Assembly (NCBI GenBank): GCA_964606385.1
Contig: CAZSFZ010000001.1
Location: 136,304-200,303 of the forward strand
Length of the DNA stretch: 64,000 nt
DNA from: an uncultured bacterium
GTDB lineage: Bacteria > Omnitrophota > Omnitrophia > Omnitrophales > Aquincolibacteriaceae
Reading direction: 5' to 3'
The position numbers and the translations under genes were made by a program. Of the stretch, positions 53,912 to 62,982 are shown in pieces. The stretch's first letter is position 1, and each line of letters opens with the position of its first letter. Under the pieces are notes generated by a model. The model saw only the letters and a program-made list of their open reading frames with translations, made no database searches and was not told where the DNA came from.

Positions 53912-56395
53912 TCACTCGGTTACAAGTTCGTAAATAAATTCCTTCGCCTTGCCCCGGCGGATCTTATCGGTCAATTCTTCCGTCTGGATCGGCTCGGGCT
54001 TCATGTCGGGCGCCGTCAACGATCCAGAAAAAAGCATCGAGATGGGTCCCATGTGGGCCTGGGGATCTTTTTTGAAAGCGGACACCATGTCCGGTAAAAG
54101 CTTCATCGCGACATCGCTCGACAGGAACATATCCAGGCGGAAATTCGCGAGACCGTCAAATCCGAGCGTCCCTTCGCCGTCCATAACGTAATCGGCACTC
54201 TTTACCAGCAGATTGTCGGTCGTTGCTTTTCCGCCGCCGATCTTCCATTCGAAATTCATCGTATCGAATTCCCTGAAACTGGGACGGATCGCTCCGAGAT
54301 CGCTGAAGTGTTCCAGCGTGGCGATAGCGTCTTTGGGATCAAACGTCACGAACCTGCCGCTTTTAAGGGTCCATTCCCCCTGTCCTTCCAGCGATTTGCT
54401 CCAAGCCTCGGCGCCCCACCCTTTACCCGCCAACGAACCCTTGAGGTCAAGCGCACCCTCGAGGACTTTTTTGAGAACATCCTGGCGGCCCAAAAAGAGC
54501 CCGAGATCCAGCCCCTGAAGCTCGGCATCAAAGCCGTATTCGGCCTCGGGGCCGTTCAAATTAAGAGCGCCCACGAACTTGGCCTTCCCCTGATAGGCTT
54601 CAAACTGAAGGGACGCGGCATTCCAGACACCTTCCGCATACACAAGGTCCGCGGCCAGATTCTTGATGGATTGATCCTCCGGGAAAACATTCTGGATAAA
54701 TCCTTTCGCCTGATCATAGGCCGGGGTCCCGTCGCTGGTGTCCTTGCGTTTCAAAAACGCCTCGGCGGCCTTCCAGGCCTCCAGAGGCTTCATTTCGGCC
54801 GCCGAAGCCTTGATACCCACTTGCGGTTTTTCGGGAAAACCCGAGATCTTCAGATCGGCCGTCATCGGCGCGCCGCCGATCTCAAATTGCATTTGCCGGC
54901 CTTCCATCATGAGCGGGCTGTAATCGAGCGACAGCGTTACGTTCCGGAATCCGATCCCCTCGGGATTTGTGCAGGAAGCTTTTTCAAAGGAAAGATTGAA
55001 AATGTGTTCGGCCTTTTCCAGTTTACGGAGGTCCCCTTTCCAGTTCGCCATCAGTTTGGCATCACCTTCCAGCTTGTACCCCTGCAGCACGGGGATGTAC
55101 TGCTCCCATCCGGTCATGGAGAATTTGTTCGTGATCAAATTGAGCTGCCCCGCCCCGGTCTTGAGATCGAGGTCCTTAAGGTTTCCTTTCACGCTCAATT
55201 CCTTGAACTTCACGGCAAAATCACCTCCGAGCAAAGATCCGCGCTGGAGGAGAAGATCAAAATTCAGATCCAGGGGAATGTCTTTAGGTTTGGTGAAATA
55301 CTGCCCGTAGGAAAGCAGCACCTTGGCCAGATCCCAACCGAAATGAAGCGAGAGATGGTCCAGGGTCCCCTCCATGGAGAGCACCCATTTTCCGGGGCCG
55401 GAAAAACCCATTTGGAACGGCAACGCATTCTCGAGCCCCGGCCAGTACTTCAGGATATCCTCGAGCGCCATGTCGGAGCCGGCCACATGAAGACTGCCGA
55501 TCTCCCCGGTATTCAGCTTCATATTCCCGTTCATCTCGACCGCGCCGAACGGGAACTTCACAAGGACTTTGTGGACCTTCAGTTCCGCGGTATCGTTATT
55601 CCAGGCCGCTGCCGCGTTCCATTCGGCATCAAGGGACGGCGCTTCGACCCAGCCGTTCTCCTGCGGCACTTCATAGACCAGCCCCTTCCCGGACCCCGAA
55701 GCGGTCAGCTCGAGAAATGCCTCCAAAGGTTTTTTCTTGATCTCGACCAGGGTATCAATCAGGCCTTTCTTGAAAAAGAGAGCGCGTTTCGGATCCGGGA
55801 CAAGCCCCTTGGCCGCTTGATCAAGCGATAATCCTTTAAGTTCGACGACGACCGATCCGCTCGCCTTCTCCCAGTTCCATTCTTCCACGGAATCCAACAC
55901 CACGTTCCCCTTCATGACAAGGGCTTTGGGTTTCCCCGCCATATCGGTCACAAAATGGAACGGGATGGGGATCTTGGGGGTCACGGCGCCGACCTGGAGC
56001 GAAAAATTCTCGAAAACCACCGGACTCATGAAATCCAGGCCGGGGATGGAGGTTTCGGCTTTACCGTTTTGCACGTAAAAAGCTGCGGGCTCCACGCGCC
56101 CGATCAGAAGCGGCAGGATGTTGAAATCGAACTGGATCTTTTCGGCCTCCACCACCAGCGGTTGGCTGGAAAAGGTCAGCTGCGGTTTTTCAAAAACGAT
56201 CTTGGGCTGGGGAAAATAACCGACACGGACATTCTGATATTTCAGGGTGCCTTCGGTGAGCGCCTGGACCTTCTGGATCAGGAATTCATGAAGTTTGGGA
56301 GCGGGAAGGAGCCGGCGGGACTGGAACCAAAGACCGGCGACGAAAAGGATCAGGAGAAGAACGGCCGACAGCAACAACGCCTGGCTTTTTTTCAT
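53912..56395 (-). CDS. AsmA-family / DUF748-like envelope biogenesis protein (about 828 aa)
   Basis: It has a single N-terminal TM anchor (MKKSQALLLSAVLLLILFVAGLWF) and a long periplasmic beta-rich body of typical AsmA-like size. The start is taken at ATG 56393-56395. Confidence 0.45.
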   Translation of the reverse strand: MKKSQALLLSAVLLLILFVAGLWFQSRRLLPAPKLHEFLIQKVQALTEGTLKYQNVRVGYFPQPKIVFEKPQLTFSSQPLVVEAEKIQFDFNILPLLIGRVEPAAFYVQNGKAETSIPGLDFMSPVVFENFSLQVGAVTPKIPIPFHFVTDMAGKPKALVMKGNVVLDSVEEWNWEKASGSVVVELKGLSLDQAAKGLVPDPKRALFFKKGLIDTLVEIKKKPLEAFLELTASGSGKGLVYEVPQENGWVEAPSLDAEWNAAAAWNNDTAELKVHKVLVKFPFGAVEMNGNMKLNTGEIGSLHVAGSDMALEDILKYWPGLENALPFQMGFSGPGKWVLSMEGTLDHLSLHFGWDLAKVLLSYGQYFTKPKDIPLDLNFDLLLQRGSLLGGDFAVKFKELSVKGNLKDLDLKTGAGQLNLITNKFSMTGWEQYIPVLQGYKLEGDAKLMANWKGDLRKLEKAEHIFNLSFEKASCTNPEGIGFRNVTLSLDYSPLMMEGRQMQFEIGGAPMTADLKISGFPEKPQVGIKASAAEMKPLEAWKAAEAFLKRKDTSDGTPAYDQAKGFIQNVFPEDQSIKNLAADLVYAEGVWNAASLQFEAYQGKAKFVGALNLNGPEAEYGFDAELQGLDLGLFLGRQDVLKKVLEGALDLKGSLAGKGWGAEAWSKSLEGQGEWTLKSGRFVTFDPKDAIATLEHFSDLGAIRPSFREFDTMNFEWKIGGGKATTDNLLVKSADYVMDGEGTLGFDGLANFRLDMFLSSDVAMKLLPDMVSAFKKDPQAHMGPISMLFSGSLTAPDMKPEPIQTEELTDKIRRGKAKEFIYELVTE

Positions 56396-56416
56396 GGTTC
56401 CCCGTCTCTTGCTGGT

Positions 56417-56449
56417 CCCAATTCCAATCAATTTCAACAGAATTGAAAC
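56417..56449 (-). promoter_or_regulatory. conserved 5'-leader element, copy 2 (leader of the AsmA-like gene)
   Basis: The minus-strand reading is gtttcaattctgttgaaattgattggaattggg, ending 22 nt before the start codon. Confidence 0.6.
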
Positions 56450-56470
56450 TGACAGCGATGGGGACCGCGG

Positions 56471-56596
56471 TCACTGGTTCGAACTTAAAGGCACCGCACT
56501 CACCGGGCTGTAATTGTAATCGTCCAGGAATCCCTGGCAACCGGTCAGGGCAAAAACAAGCGCGAGAAAAACAAGGCCCCGAACCAAAAGCTTCAT
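56471..56596 (-). CDS. unannotated small lipoprotein ORF (41 aa), translationally coupled to rpsI (TAATG overlap)
   Basis: The translation is MKLLVRGLVFLALVFALTGCQGFLDDYNYSPVSAVPLSSNQ*. It has a positive n-region, a hydrophobic core, the lipobox L-T-G-C, and a 21-aa mature lipopeptide. Its ATG at 56594-56596 shares one nucleotide with the rpsI TAA. It falls below the ORF-track size cutoff. Confidence 0.5.
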   Translation of the reverse strand: MKLLVRGLVFLALVFALTGCQGFLDDYNYSPVSAVPLSSNQ

Positions 56597-56994
56597 TAAC
56601 GCTTCGTGAACTGGAAGCTTCTGCGAGCGCCTTTGCGACCCGGTTTCTTTCTTTCTTTTTCCCTGGGATCACGGGTCATGAAACCGCCCTTGCGCATCGT
56701 GCCGCGCATCTCGGGGTTGAGACCGACCAGCGCCCGGGCGATGCCGAGCTGGATGGCCCCGGCCTGTCCCGCCACCCCGCCGCCTTCCACGCGGGCGCGG
56801 ACACGCACTTGCCCGAGGAGGTTCGCGGATTTGAGAGGCTGTTCGACAAGCATCTGGAGATTGGCGCGTTTCAAATATTTTGCGGAGTCCTGCCCGTTCA
56901 CGGTAAAACCTTTTTGCCCCGGGAAAACCCATACGCGGGCAATGGCGGTTTTACGGCGTCCTGTGGCGTACATAAGTGTCGCGGAAGCGGTCAT
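56596..56994 (-). CDS. rpsI: 30S ribosomal protein S9
   Basis: At 132 aa, it ends in the Arg/Lys-rich tail ...RRSFQFTKR typical of S9. Confidence 0.9.
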   Translation of the reverse strand: MTASATLMYATGRRKTAIARVWVFPGQKGFTVNGQDSAKYLKRANLQMLVEQPLKSANLLGQVRVRARVEGGGVAGQAGAIQLGIARALVGLNPEMRGTMRKGGFMTRDPREKERKKPGRKGARRSFQFTKR

Positions 56995-56999
56995 ACGGA

Positions 57000-57428
57000 T
57001 TAAACCTCGATCTTGGTGGGTTTTTGCGCTTGATTCCGGTATTCGGAACCGGCGTAAACGCGGAGTCTTTTAAGCATCACATCGCCGATCCGGCTCTTCG
57101 GAAGCATGCGCTTGACGGATCGGATGATGATCTCGGTCGGCTTTTTGTCCATCAACTGTTCGTAGGTATAGGTCTTCAACCCGCCGGCGAATCCGGTATA
57201 GTGGGTGTAGACCTTGTTTTCGCTCTTTTTGCCCGTGACCATGACCTTTTTGGCATTGATCACAATGACCTGATCGCCGGTGATCTTGTCCGGTTGGAAA
57301 CAGGTCTTGCCTTTGCCGATCAGCAAAGAAGCGATCTTGGTGGACATACGCCCGAGGGTCTTCCCTTCGGCGTCGATCAGATAAGTTTTGCGCGCGATAT
57401 CTTTTTCAGTCGGAATAAAAGTCTTCAT
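57000..57428 (-). CDS. rplM: 50S ribosomal protein L13
   Basis: At 142 aa, it starts MKTFIPTEKDIARKTYLIDAEGKTLGR. Confidence 0.9.
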   Translation of the reverse strand: MKTFIPTEKDIARKTYLIDAEGKTLGRMSTKIASLLIGKGKTCFQPDKITGDQVIVINAKKVMVTGKKSENKVYTHYTGFAGGLKTYTYEQLMDKKPTEIIIRSVKRMLPKSRIGDVMLKRLRVYAGSEYRNQAQKPTKIEV

Positions 57429-57831
57429 AATCTTCTTTTCTGTTTAATTGGATCAGGATAGTCGGAAAGGCGAGAAACCTTCTTGCGACTCGAAAATACC
57501 TCGAAAAGTTCGGGGAGTATAGCAAAAACCCCCTGGGGTGTCAAACTTTTACCTTTTTTATTTACCCCGTCCCCGGTGCCCCTAGAGACAAAAAAACACC
57601 GCGAGTCAAAAACCCGCGGTGGGATTGCCGTCCCAACTTTGTATTTCTTTTCCACTAGGGTAGTTGGGACGGCCCCAATCTCCGCGATACTTCGATTGAT
57701 CGGTATTGGGACCGTCCCTTGTGAAGCACTCCCTAAAGAGAGATAACTTAAAATCTTAAAAACCGGAATCTGCCGAAACCATAACACATAGTTTCGATTT
57801 AGCAAGACTCCTTGAACCTAAATTTTAGTCC
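57429..57831 (-). promoter_or_regulatory. long (about 400 nt) structured leader/promoter region of the rplM-rpsI operon with mutually exclusive hairpins
   Basis: Hairpin a is caccgcg (57597-603) paired with cgcggtg (57615-621). Hairpin b is gccgtcccaact (57627-638) paired with agttgggacggc (57662-673), a perfect 12 bp stem. Hairpin c is gggacggccccaat (57666-679) paired with attgggaccgtccc (57705-718). Hairpins b and c share the segment 57666-57673. No coding potential is credible here (the ORF-track 126-aa ORF is rejected). Confidence 0.5.
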
Positions 57832-58584
57832 TTACGATCTATATCTAACCCTAAGCAGCGTAAGGCCTTCCGACGGAGCTGTCATGCCGGCCTGACGTCG
57901 GTCTTTGGCCTTGAGAACGGCCTTGATGCTGGCGGCAGAGCGCTTCCCCTTACCCACTTCGACAAGTGTCCCGACCATATTGCGGATCATGTGATAAAGA
58001 AAGCCGTCGGCTTCGACCCGGATGCGGATCAGGTCCCCCTCTTTTTTGATGCGGCATTGTTTGATCGTCCGGACATAAGAGATCTTTTCTTTTTTGATCG
58101 CGGAGGGCGAGGTAAAAGACCGGAAATCGTGCTTCCCGACCAAGGATTTGGCGGCCTGACGCATCCTGACCGCATCGAGACGAAAAGGCACGTGATAAGC
58201 CCGGCCGGCCGCAAGGGGCGATCGGTAAGGATGATTCCAGATCCGGTATTCATAGATCTTGGAGCGGACATGATAACGGGCGTGAAAATCGGGGCCGACC
58301 TCTTCGATCTTTTTGATGACCATGGAAGGCGGTAACAATGCGTTCAGCCCGCGCTGGATCCGACCCAAGGATTCGCGTCCTGAGGTCTTGAAATTGACGA
58401 CTTGTTCTTCCGCGTGGACCCCCGTGTCGGTACGACCGCAAGCGGCCGCGATCTTCATTTTGCGGCGGAAGAAAACCGAAAGGGCTTTTTCGAGAGCTTC
58501 CTGAATGGTGGGTTTTCCGGGTTGTTTCTGGAACCCGAAAAAGGCGGAACCGTCATATTCGAGAACGAGTTTGATGTTTCTCAT
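57832..58584 (-). CDS. truA: tRNA pseudouridine(38-40) synthase
   Basis: At 250 aa, it has the catalytic Asp context GRTDTGVHA. Confidence 0.85.
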   Translation of the reverse strand: MRNIKLVLEYDGSAFFGFQKQPGKPTIQEALEKALSVFFRRKMKIAAACGRTDTGVHAEEQVVNFKTSGRESLGRIQRGLNALLPPSMVIKKIEEVGPDFHARYHVRSKIYEYRIWNHPYRSPLAAGRAYHVPFRLDAVRMRQAAKSLVGKHDFRSFTSPSAIKKEKISYVRTIKQCRIKKEGDLIRIRVEADGFLYHMIRNMVGTLVEVGKGKRSAASIKAVLKAKDRRQAGMTAPSEGLTLLRVRYRS

Positions 58585-58607
58585 TTATTCGCTCCACGAA
58601 CCAAGGG

Positions 58608-58641
58608 CCACGGGCCACGAAAACCCTCTCGTGGCTCGTGG
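58608..58641 (-). promoter_or_regulatory. GC-rich hairpin between asd stop and truA start
   Basis: The stem is ccacgggccacga paired with tcgtggctcgtgg (one mismatch) with an 8-nt loop. No U-tract follows, so it is not a canonical intrinsic terminator. Confidence 0.35.
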
Positions 58642-58656
58642 TGCGTGGTCCGTGGC

Positions 58657-59661
58657 TCAGCTTGCGAAAGCTAGCTCCGCGATCTGGACCGCGTTCAGCG
58701 CGGCGCCCTTGCGGATCTGGTCACCGCAAACGAACATCGAAAGACCGTTCTTCACGGTCGGGTCCTGGCGCAAGCGGCCGACCAGGATATCATCCTGCCC
58801 TGTCGCTTCGAGCGGCATCGGAAAATAATTCTTCTCGCGGTCATCGATCACCTTCACGCCGGGCGCTTTGGCAAGCAGCTGACGGGCTTCCTCCGCCGAG
58901 ATCGGTCTTTCCGTTTCGATCGTGAGCGCTTCGGAATGGGCCCGGAGCACGGGGACGCGCACGCAGGTCGCGGTGATCCGGATATCGGGATCATGGAAGA
59001 TCTTCTTGGTCTCTTTCACCATCTTGGTCTCTTCTTCGTTATATCCGTCCGGCCCGATCTTGGAGTTATGGGAGAACACGTTGAACGCGATCTGGTGCGG
59101 CAGGACTTTTTTCTGAACGGGTTTTCCAGCCAGAAAATCCTGCGCCTGGATCTTGAGTTCCTCCATCGCTTTCGCCCCGGCGCCGCTCGCGGCCTGATAG
59201 GTCGCCGCGACCAAACGCTTGATCTTCACGACCTTGTGGATCGGCCAAAGCGGCACAAGAGCGATGATCGTCGAACAGTTCGGGTTTGCGATAATTCCTT
59301 TGTTCTTGGCGATATCCCCGGCATTGATCTCGGGAATGACAAGCGGGATCTCGGGATCCATCCGGAAAGCGCTCGTGTTGTCGACCATCAGAGCGCCGGA
59401 TTTCACAATGTGCGGCGCAAGCTCGCGGCTGATCGCCCCGCCCGCGCTTGAGAGCACCACATCAAGCCCTTTGAAGGAATCGGGTTTCGCTTCTTGGACT
59501 TCATAGTTTTTCGCCATGAATTCGATCTTTTTGCCGGCGGAACGTCCGGAGGCCAGAAACCTCAGCTCCTCGATCGGGAACTTGCGCTCTTTCAAGAGCT
59601 CAAGGAATTCCTGACCCACTGCGCCTGTAACCCCTAACACCGCGACCTTCAACTTCTTCAT
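58657..59661 (-). CDS. asd: aspartate-semialdehyde dehydrogenase
   Basis: It has VAVLGVTGAVGQ and the active-site Cys in ANPNCSTI, at 334 aa. Confidence 0.9.
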   Translation of the reverse strand: MKKLKVAVLGVTGAVGQEFLELLKERKFPIEELRFLASGRSAGKKIEFMAKNYEVQEAKPDSFKGLDVVLSSAGGAISRELAPHIVKSGALMVDNTSAFRMDPEIPLVIPEINAGDIAKNKGIIANPNCSTIIALVPLWPIHKVVKIKRLVAATYQAASGAGAKAMEELKIQAQDFLAGKPVQKKVLPHQIAFNVFSHNSKIGPDGYNEEETKMVKETKKIFHDPDIRITATCVRVPVLRAHSEALTIETERPISAEEARQLLAKAPGVKVIDDREKNYFPMPLEATGQDDILVGRLRQDPTVKNGLSMFVCGDQIRKGAALNAVQIAELAFAS

Positions 59662-59683
59662 AAAAATCTAAGCTCCTTTTTGA

Positions 59684-60754
59684 TTAATGGATCCGTTCGA
59701 CCACGAGGTCGCCCATTTTCGAGCAGCCCACCTTGGTCAAACCTTCCGAATAAATATCCGCCGTGCGGTAACCGTCCTGAAGTGTCTGTTCCACCGCCCG
59801 CTCGATCGTGCGCGCCGCCTGAGGCTGATTAAAACTGTACTCCAGCATCATCGCGACTGAAAGGATCGTCGCCAAAGGATTTCCCATGTCCTTGCCTGCG
59901 ATATCCGGCGCCGAACCGTGCACGGGCTCGTACATCGCCACCTTGTCGCCGACCGAAGCCGACGGCAGCATCCCGATCGAACCTGTCAGCATGGCGGATT
60001 CATCGCTTAAGATATCCCCGAAAAGATTGCTCGTCACGATCACATCGAACTGTTTGGGCTCGCGGATGAGCTGCATCGCGCAATCGTCCACATACCGGTG
60101 GTTGAGTTCCACTTCCGGATAATCCTTCGCGATTTCGATCACGACCTTGCGCCAGAGCTGGCTCACATCAAGCACATTGGCCTTGTCCACCGAAGTGACT
60201 TTCTTGCGGCGTTTGCGGGACAACTCGAACGCCATTTTAGCGATCCGCTTGATCTCGGAAGTCGTGTACGCCATGGTGTTAAAGCCCCGTTCTTCCCCAT
60301 TCGGAAGTTTTTCGATCCCGCGCGGCGTTCCGAAATAAACCCCGCTCACCAGCTCGCGGAGGATGAGAAAGTCGAGACCCTTCACGATCTCCGGTTTGAG
60401 CGGCGAACGTTGTTCCAGTTGCGGGAACATTTTTACGGGACGAAGGTTCGCATAAGCGTTCAGGCCCTTCCGAAGTCCCAATAATCCCTTTTCCGGACGC
60501 TTATCGGAAGGCAGGCTGTCCCATTTCGGCCCGCCCACGGCCCCTAAAAAAACCGCGTCGGACTTTTGGGCTTTCGCAAGCGCCTCGGGCGTCAAAGGCA
60601 CGCCGTGTTTATCGATCGACGCGCCGCCGACCAGATCCTCTTCGATTTGGAAATCCAGTTTGTAAAGCTTCGCGACCTTCTGGAGCACGCGCATGGCCTG
60701 CGCGGTCACTTCCGGGCCGATCCCGTCGCCGGGGAAAACGATGATCTTATGCAT
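59684..60754 (-). CDS. leuB: 3-isopropylmalate dehydrogenase
   Basis: At 356 aa, it has the [12 protein letters not shown]-terminus and the isocitrate/isopropylmalate dehydrogenase signature region. Confidence 0.85.
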   Translation of the reverse strand: MHKIIVFPGDGIGPEVTAQAMRVLQKVAKLYKLDFQIEEDLVGGASIDKHGVPLTPEALAKAQKSDAVFLGAVGGPKWDSLPSDKRPEKGLLGLRKGLNAYANLRPVKMFPQLEQRSPLKPEIVKGLDFLILRELVSGVYFGTPRGIEKLPNGEERGFNTMAYTTSEIKRIAKMAFELSRKRRKKVTSVDKANVLDVSQLWRKVVIEIAKDYPEVELNHRYVDDCAMQLIREPKQFDVIVTSNLFGDILSDESAMLTGSIGMLPSASVGDKVAMYEPVHGSAPDIAGKDMGNPLATILSVAMMLEYSFNQPQAARTIERAVEQTLQDGYRTADIYSEGLTKVGCSKMGDLVVERIH

Positions 60755-60790
60755 AACAAATCTCTTGGGTTATGGGCGTTTGAAGGACAA

Positions 60791-62263
60791 CTAGTTCTTT
60801 TCGAGTTTGAAGGGACGCCGCTTTACGGTCTCGTAAAGTTTCTCGTATTTTTTCGCGGACGCGTTCCACGAAAAATCGCTTTCCATCGCGTTCTTCACGA
60901 GCGCTTTCCAAAGTTTCTCTTGCTTGAACGTCTTGACGGCTCGTAACAAGGCCGCGTGAAGGGCGTCGCTCGTGTACTCCTCGAACATAAAACCGTTCCC
61001 CTGCTGCGTCGCGGATTCGAAATTCTGGATGGTGTCCGCAAGACCCCCGGTCGCGCGGACGATCGGGATCGTCCCGTAGCGCAGTGCGATGATCTGGCCG
61101 AGCCCGCAGGGTTCATAATAAGAAGGGATGAGCAGCATATCGGAACCCGCGTAGATCTTCTTGGCCATCTTCGGGTCGAACAGGATGTGCACGCCGAACC
61201 ATTTTTTGTTCTTTTTCGCAAGGTCCCGGAGCACCTGGTGGTACTGGTCTTCGCCGGTCCCGAGCAACACCATCTGAACGTCCTGCTGCTGGGAAAGCTG
61301 TTCGATCACGGGGACCAGGATATCTAATCCTTTCTGGTCCACAAGACGCGCCACAAACCCCAGGAGTGGAACGTTCGGATCGACCTTGAACACGTTCTCT
61401 TTTTGAAGCGCAGCTTTATCGGCCTTTTTTCCGGAAAGGTCTTTCAGGTCATACTTGGCGTCAATGTCCGGGTCCGTCGCCGGGTCCCAATCCTTCGGGT
61501 CGATCCCGTTGATGATCCCTGTCACGCTGTCCTTGCGCGCGGCAAGCACGCCTTCCATCCCGCATCCGAATTCCTTGGTCTGGATCTCCCGACTGTAGCG
61601 TTCGCTCACGGCGGTCACCGCGTCCGCGAACACGAGCCCTCCCTTGATAAAACTGAACTTGCCGTAGAACTCCAGAAAATCGGATTTATAAAGATCCCAT
61701 CCGAAACCCGTGGCCGGAAAGGAATCCGGCGGAAAATTCCCCTGGTAGGCAAGATTATGGATCGTGAAAATGCTCCGCATCTTGCTGAAAGGCGCGCGAT
61801 TCGCTTCGGTGGTCTTGAGATAAACGGGCACAAGGCCTGTCTGCCAATCGTGGCAATGGATGATATCCGGCGCTAATTTCAACTTCTCGATCGCTTTGAG
61901 TGTCGCGCGCTGGAAATAAGTGAACCGGCGGTCGTTATCCTGGTAGTCCCCCACGAGCGTCCCGTAAAGCTCCTCGCGCATGAAATAATCGGGGTGCTCC
62001 ACAAAATACACTTTGACCCCGTTATCCATTTTTTTGGAGAAAATTCGGGTAGCCTCGAGCTGGTTCCCGACGATCAATTCAAAATAATCGATCGCGGTCT
62101 CGAGTTCCCACTGCTGGATGTCGATCGAGCGGTAACGCGGCATGAAGACCGAGACTTCATGGCCCAGGGCGCGGACCGCACTGGCGAGAGAACCGACAAC
62201 ATCCCCGAGGCCCCCTGTCTTGGCGAAGGGGGCCATTTCGGAACTGATGAACAGGATCTTCAA
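60791..62263 (-). CDS. glgA: glycogen synthase (ADP-glucose type)
   Basis: At 490 aa, it has the N-terminal KTGGLGDV motif and a GT-B fold. Confidence 0.85.
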   Translation of the reverse strand: MKILFISSEMAPFAKTGGLGDVVGSLASAVRALGHEVSVFMPRYRSIDIQQWELETAIDYFELIVGNQLEATRIFSKKMDNGVKVYFVEHPDYFMREELYGTLVGDYQDNDRRFTYFQRATLKAIEKLKLAPDIIHCHDWQTGLVPVYLKTTEANRAPFSKMRSIFTIHNLAYQGNFPPDSFPATGFGWDLYKSDFLEFYGKFSFIKGGLVFADAVTAVSERYSREIQTKEFGCGMEGVLAARKDSVTGIINGIDPKDWDPATDPDIDAKYDLKDLSGKKADKAALQKENVFKVDPNVPLLGFVARLVDQKGLDILVPVIEQLSQQQDVQMVLLGTGEDQYHQVLRDLAKKNKKWFGVHILFDPKMAKKIYAGSDMLLIPSYYEPCGLGQIIALRYGTIPIVRATGGLADTIQNFESATQQGNGFMFEEYTSDALHAALLRAVKTFKQEKLWKALVKNAMESDFSWNASAKKYEKLYETVKRRPFKLEKN

Positions 62264-62285
62264 GGGAGACTAAAAAAGCGTCGTC

Positions 62286-62600
62286 TTACTTGGCAACTTC
62301 GATAACGCAATTCCAGCTGCCGAAAGCGTTCGGAACGCATTCGACCGGTTCCTGCGCGTTCTGCCAAACCCCGTCCACGAGATAGCGATACTGATAGCGG
62401 CCGGCTTTGAGCTTGAGGGATGTTTTCCAGTTCCCGGTCGCGTCTTTTTTCATCGGATTCTTGTCCGCTTTCCAGTTATTGAAACAACCGCCGAGCTCGA
62501 CCTTTTTGGCCTGAGGGGCATAAAATTTGAAATCGACCGTTTTATCGCAGGTCTTCGCGGTGGAACAACATTTTGTCGACGCCGTTGCTACTTTTGCCAT
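62286..62600 (-). CDS. standalone CBM48/glycogen-binding-domain protein (104 aa)
   Basis: The F.F.AP.A..V.L.G.FNNW...M......G.W...L.L..G.Y.Y.Y.VDG.W pattern matches the AMPK-beta GBD / isoamylase N-terminal CBM48 fold. It lies immediately upstream of glgA. Confidence 0.55.
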   Translation of the reverse strand: MAKVATASTKCCSTAKTCDKTVDFKFYAPQAKKVELGGCFNNWKADKNPMKKDATGNWKTSLKLKAGRYQYRYLVDGVWQNAQEPVECVPNAFGSWNCVIEVAK

Positions 62601-62681
62601 GGTGGAACTCCTTCCTCGTTTAGAGTGGAAAATACGCGTAAATGGATTGCGGTAGTGGGAGTATATATCAGAAAAAACCGC

Positions 62682-62710
62682 TTGCCAAGAAACATCTCCT
62701 CACTATAATG
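62682..62710 (+). promoter_or_regulatory. rpmB promoter (TTGCCA 62682-62687, 17-nt spacer, TATAAT 62705-62710) producing a leaderless or near-leaderless mRNA
   Basis: The consensus -10 ends 8 nt before the rpmB ATG (62719). The predicted transcription start is therefore at or 1-2 nt before the start codon, and there is no Shine-Dalgarno sequence. Confidence 0.6.
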
Positions 62711-62718
62711 AGCGCCTT

Positions 62719-62982
62719 ATGAAAACGTGCGCTATCTGCAACAAGAAGCCTTTAACGGGCAATTCGATCGTCCGCCGTGGTCTCGCGAAAAAGACGGGCG
62801 GTATCGGTAAAAAGATCTCCGGCATTACGCGTCGCCGTTTCTACCCGAACCTCCAGAGGGTGAAGGTCCTCTTTCTGAATGGAACGGTCCGCCGCATTAA
62901 TGTCTGCGTGAGTTGTTTGAAGGCCGGCAAAGTAAAAAAAGCCCCTTCCCGCCGCTCTTATACCCCGGCTGCGGCCGCTTAA
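62719..62982 (+). CDS. rpmB: 50S ribosomal protein L28 (with C-terminal extension)
   Basis: C.ICNKKP.TGN....RRG...KTGG...K.SG.TRRRF.PNLQ matches the L28 family. At 87 aa it is longer than the typical 60-78. Confidence 0.8.
   Translation: MKTCAICNKKPLTGNSIVRRGLAKKTGGIGKKISGITRRRFYPNLQRVKVLFLNGTVRRINVCVSCLKAGKVKKAPSRRSYTPAAAA

Noticed and set aside
57425-57805. 126-aa minus-strand ORF in the rplM upstream region
   Set aside because: It lies in a region dominated by strong hairpins, has no Shine-Dalgarno sequence and an odd composition. It is better explained as a structured leader.
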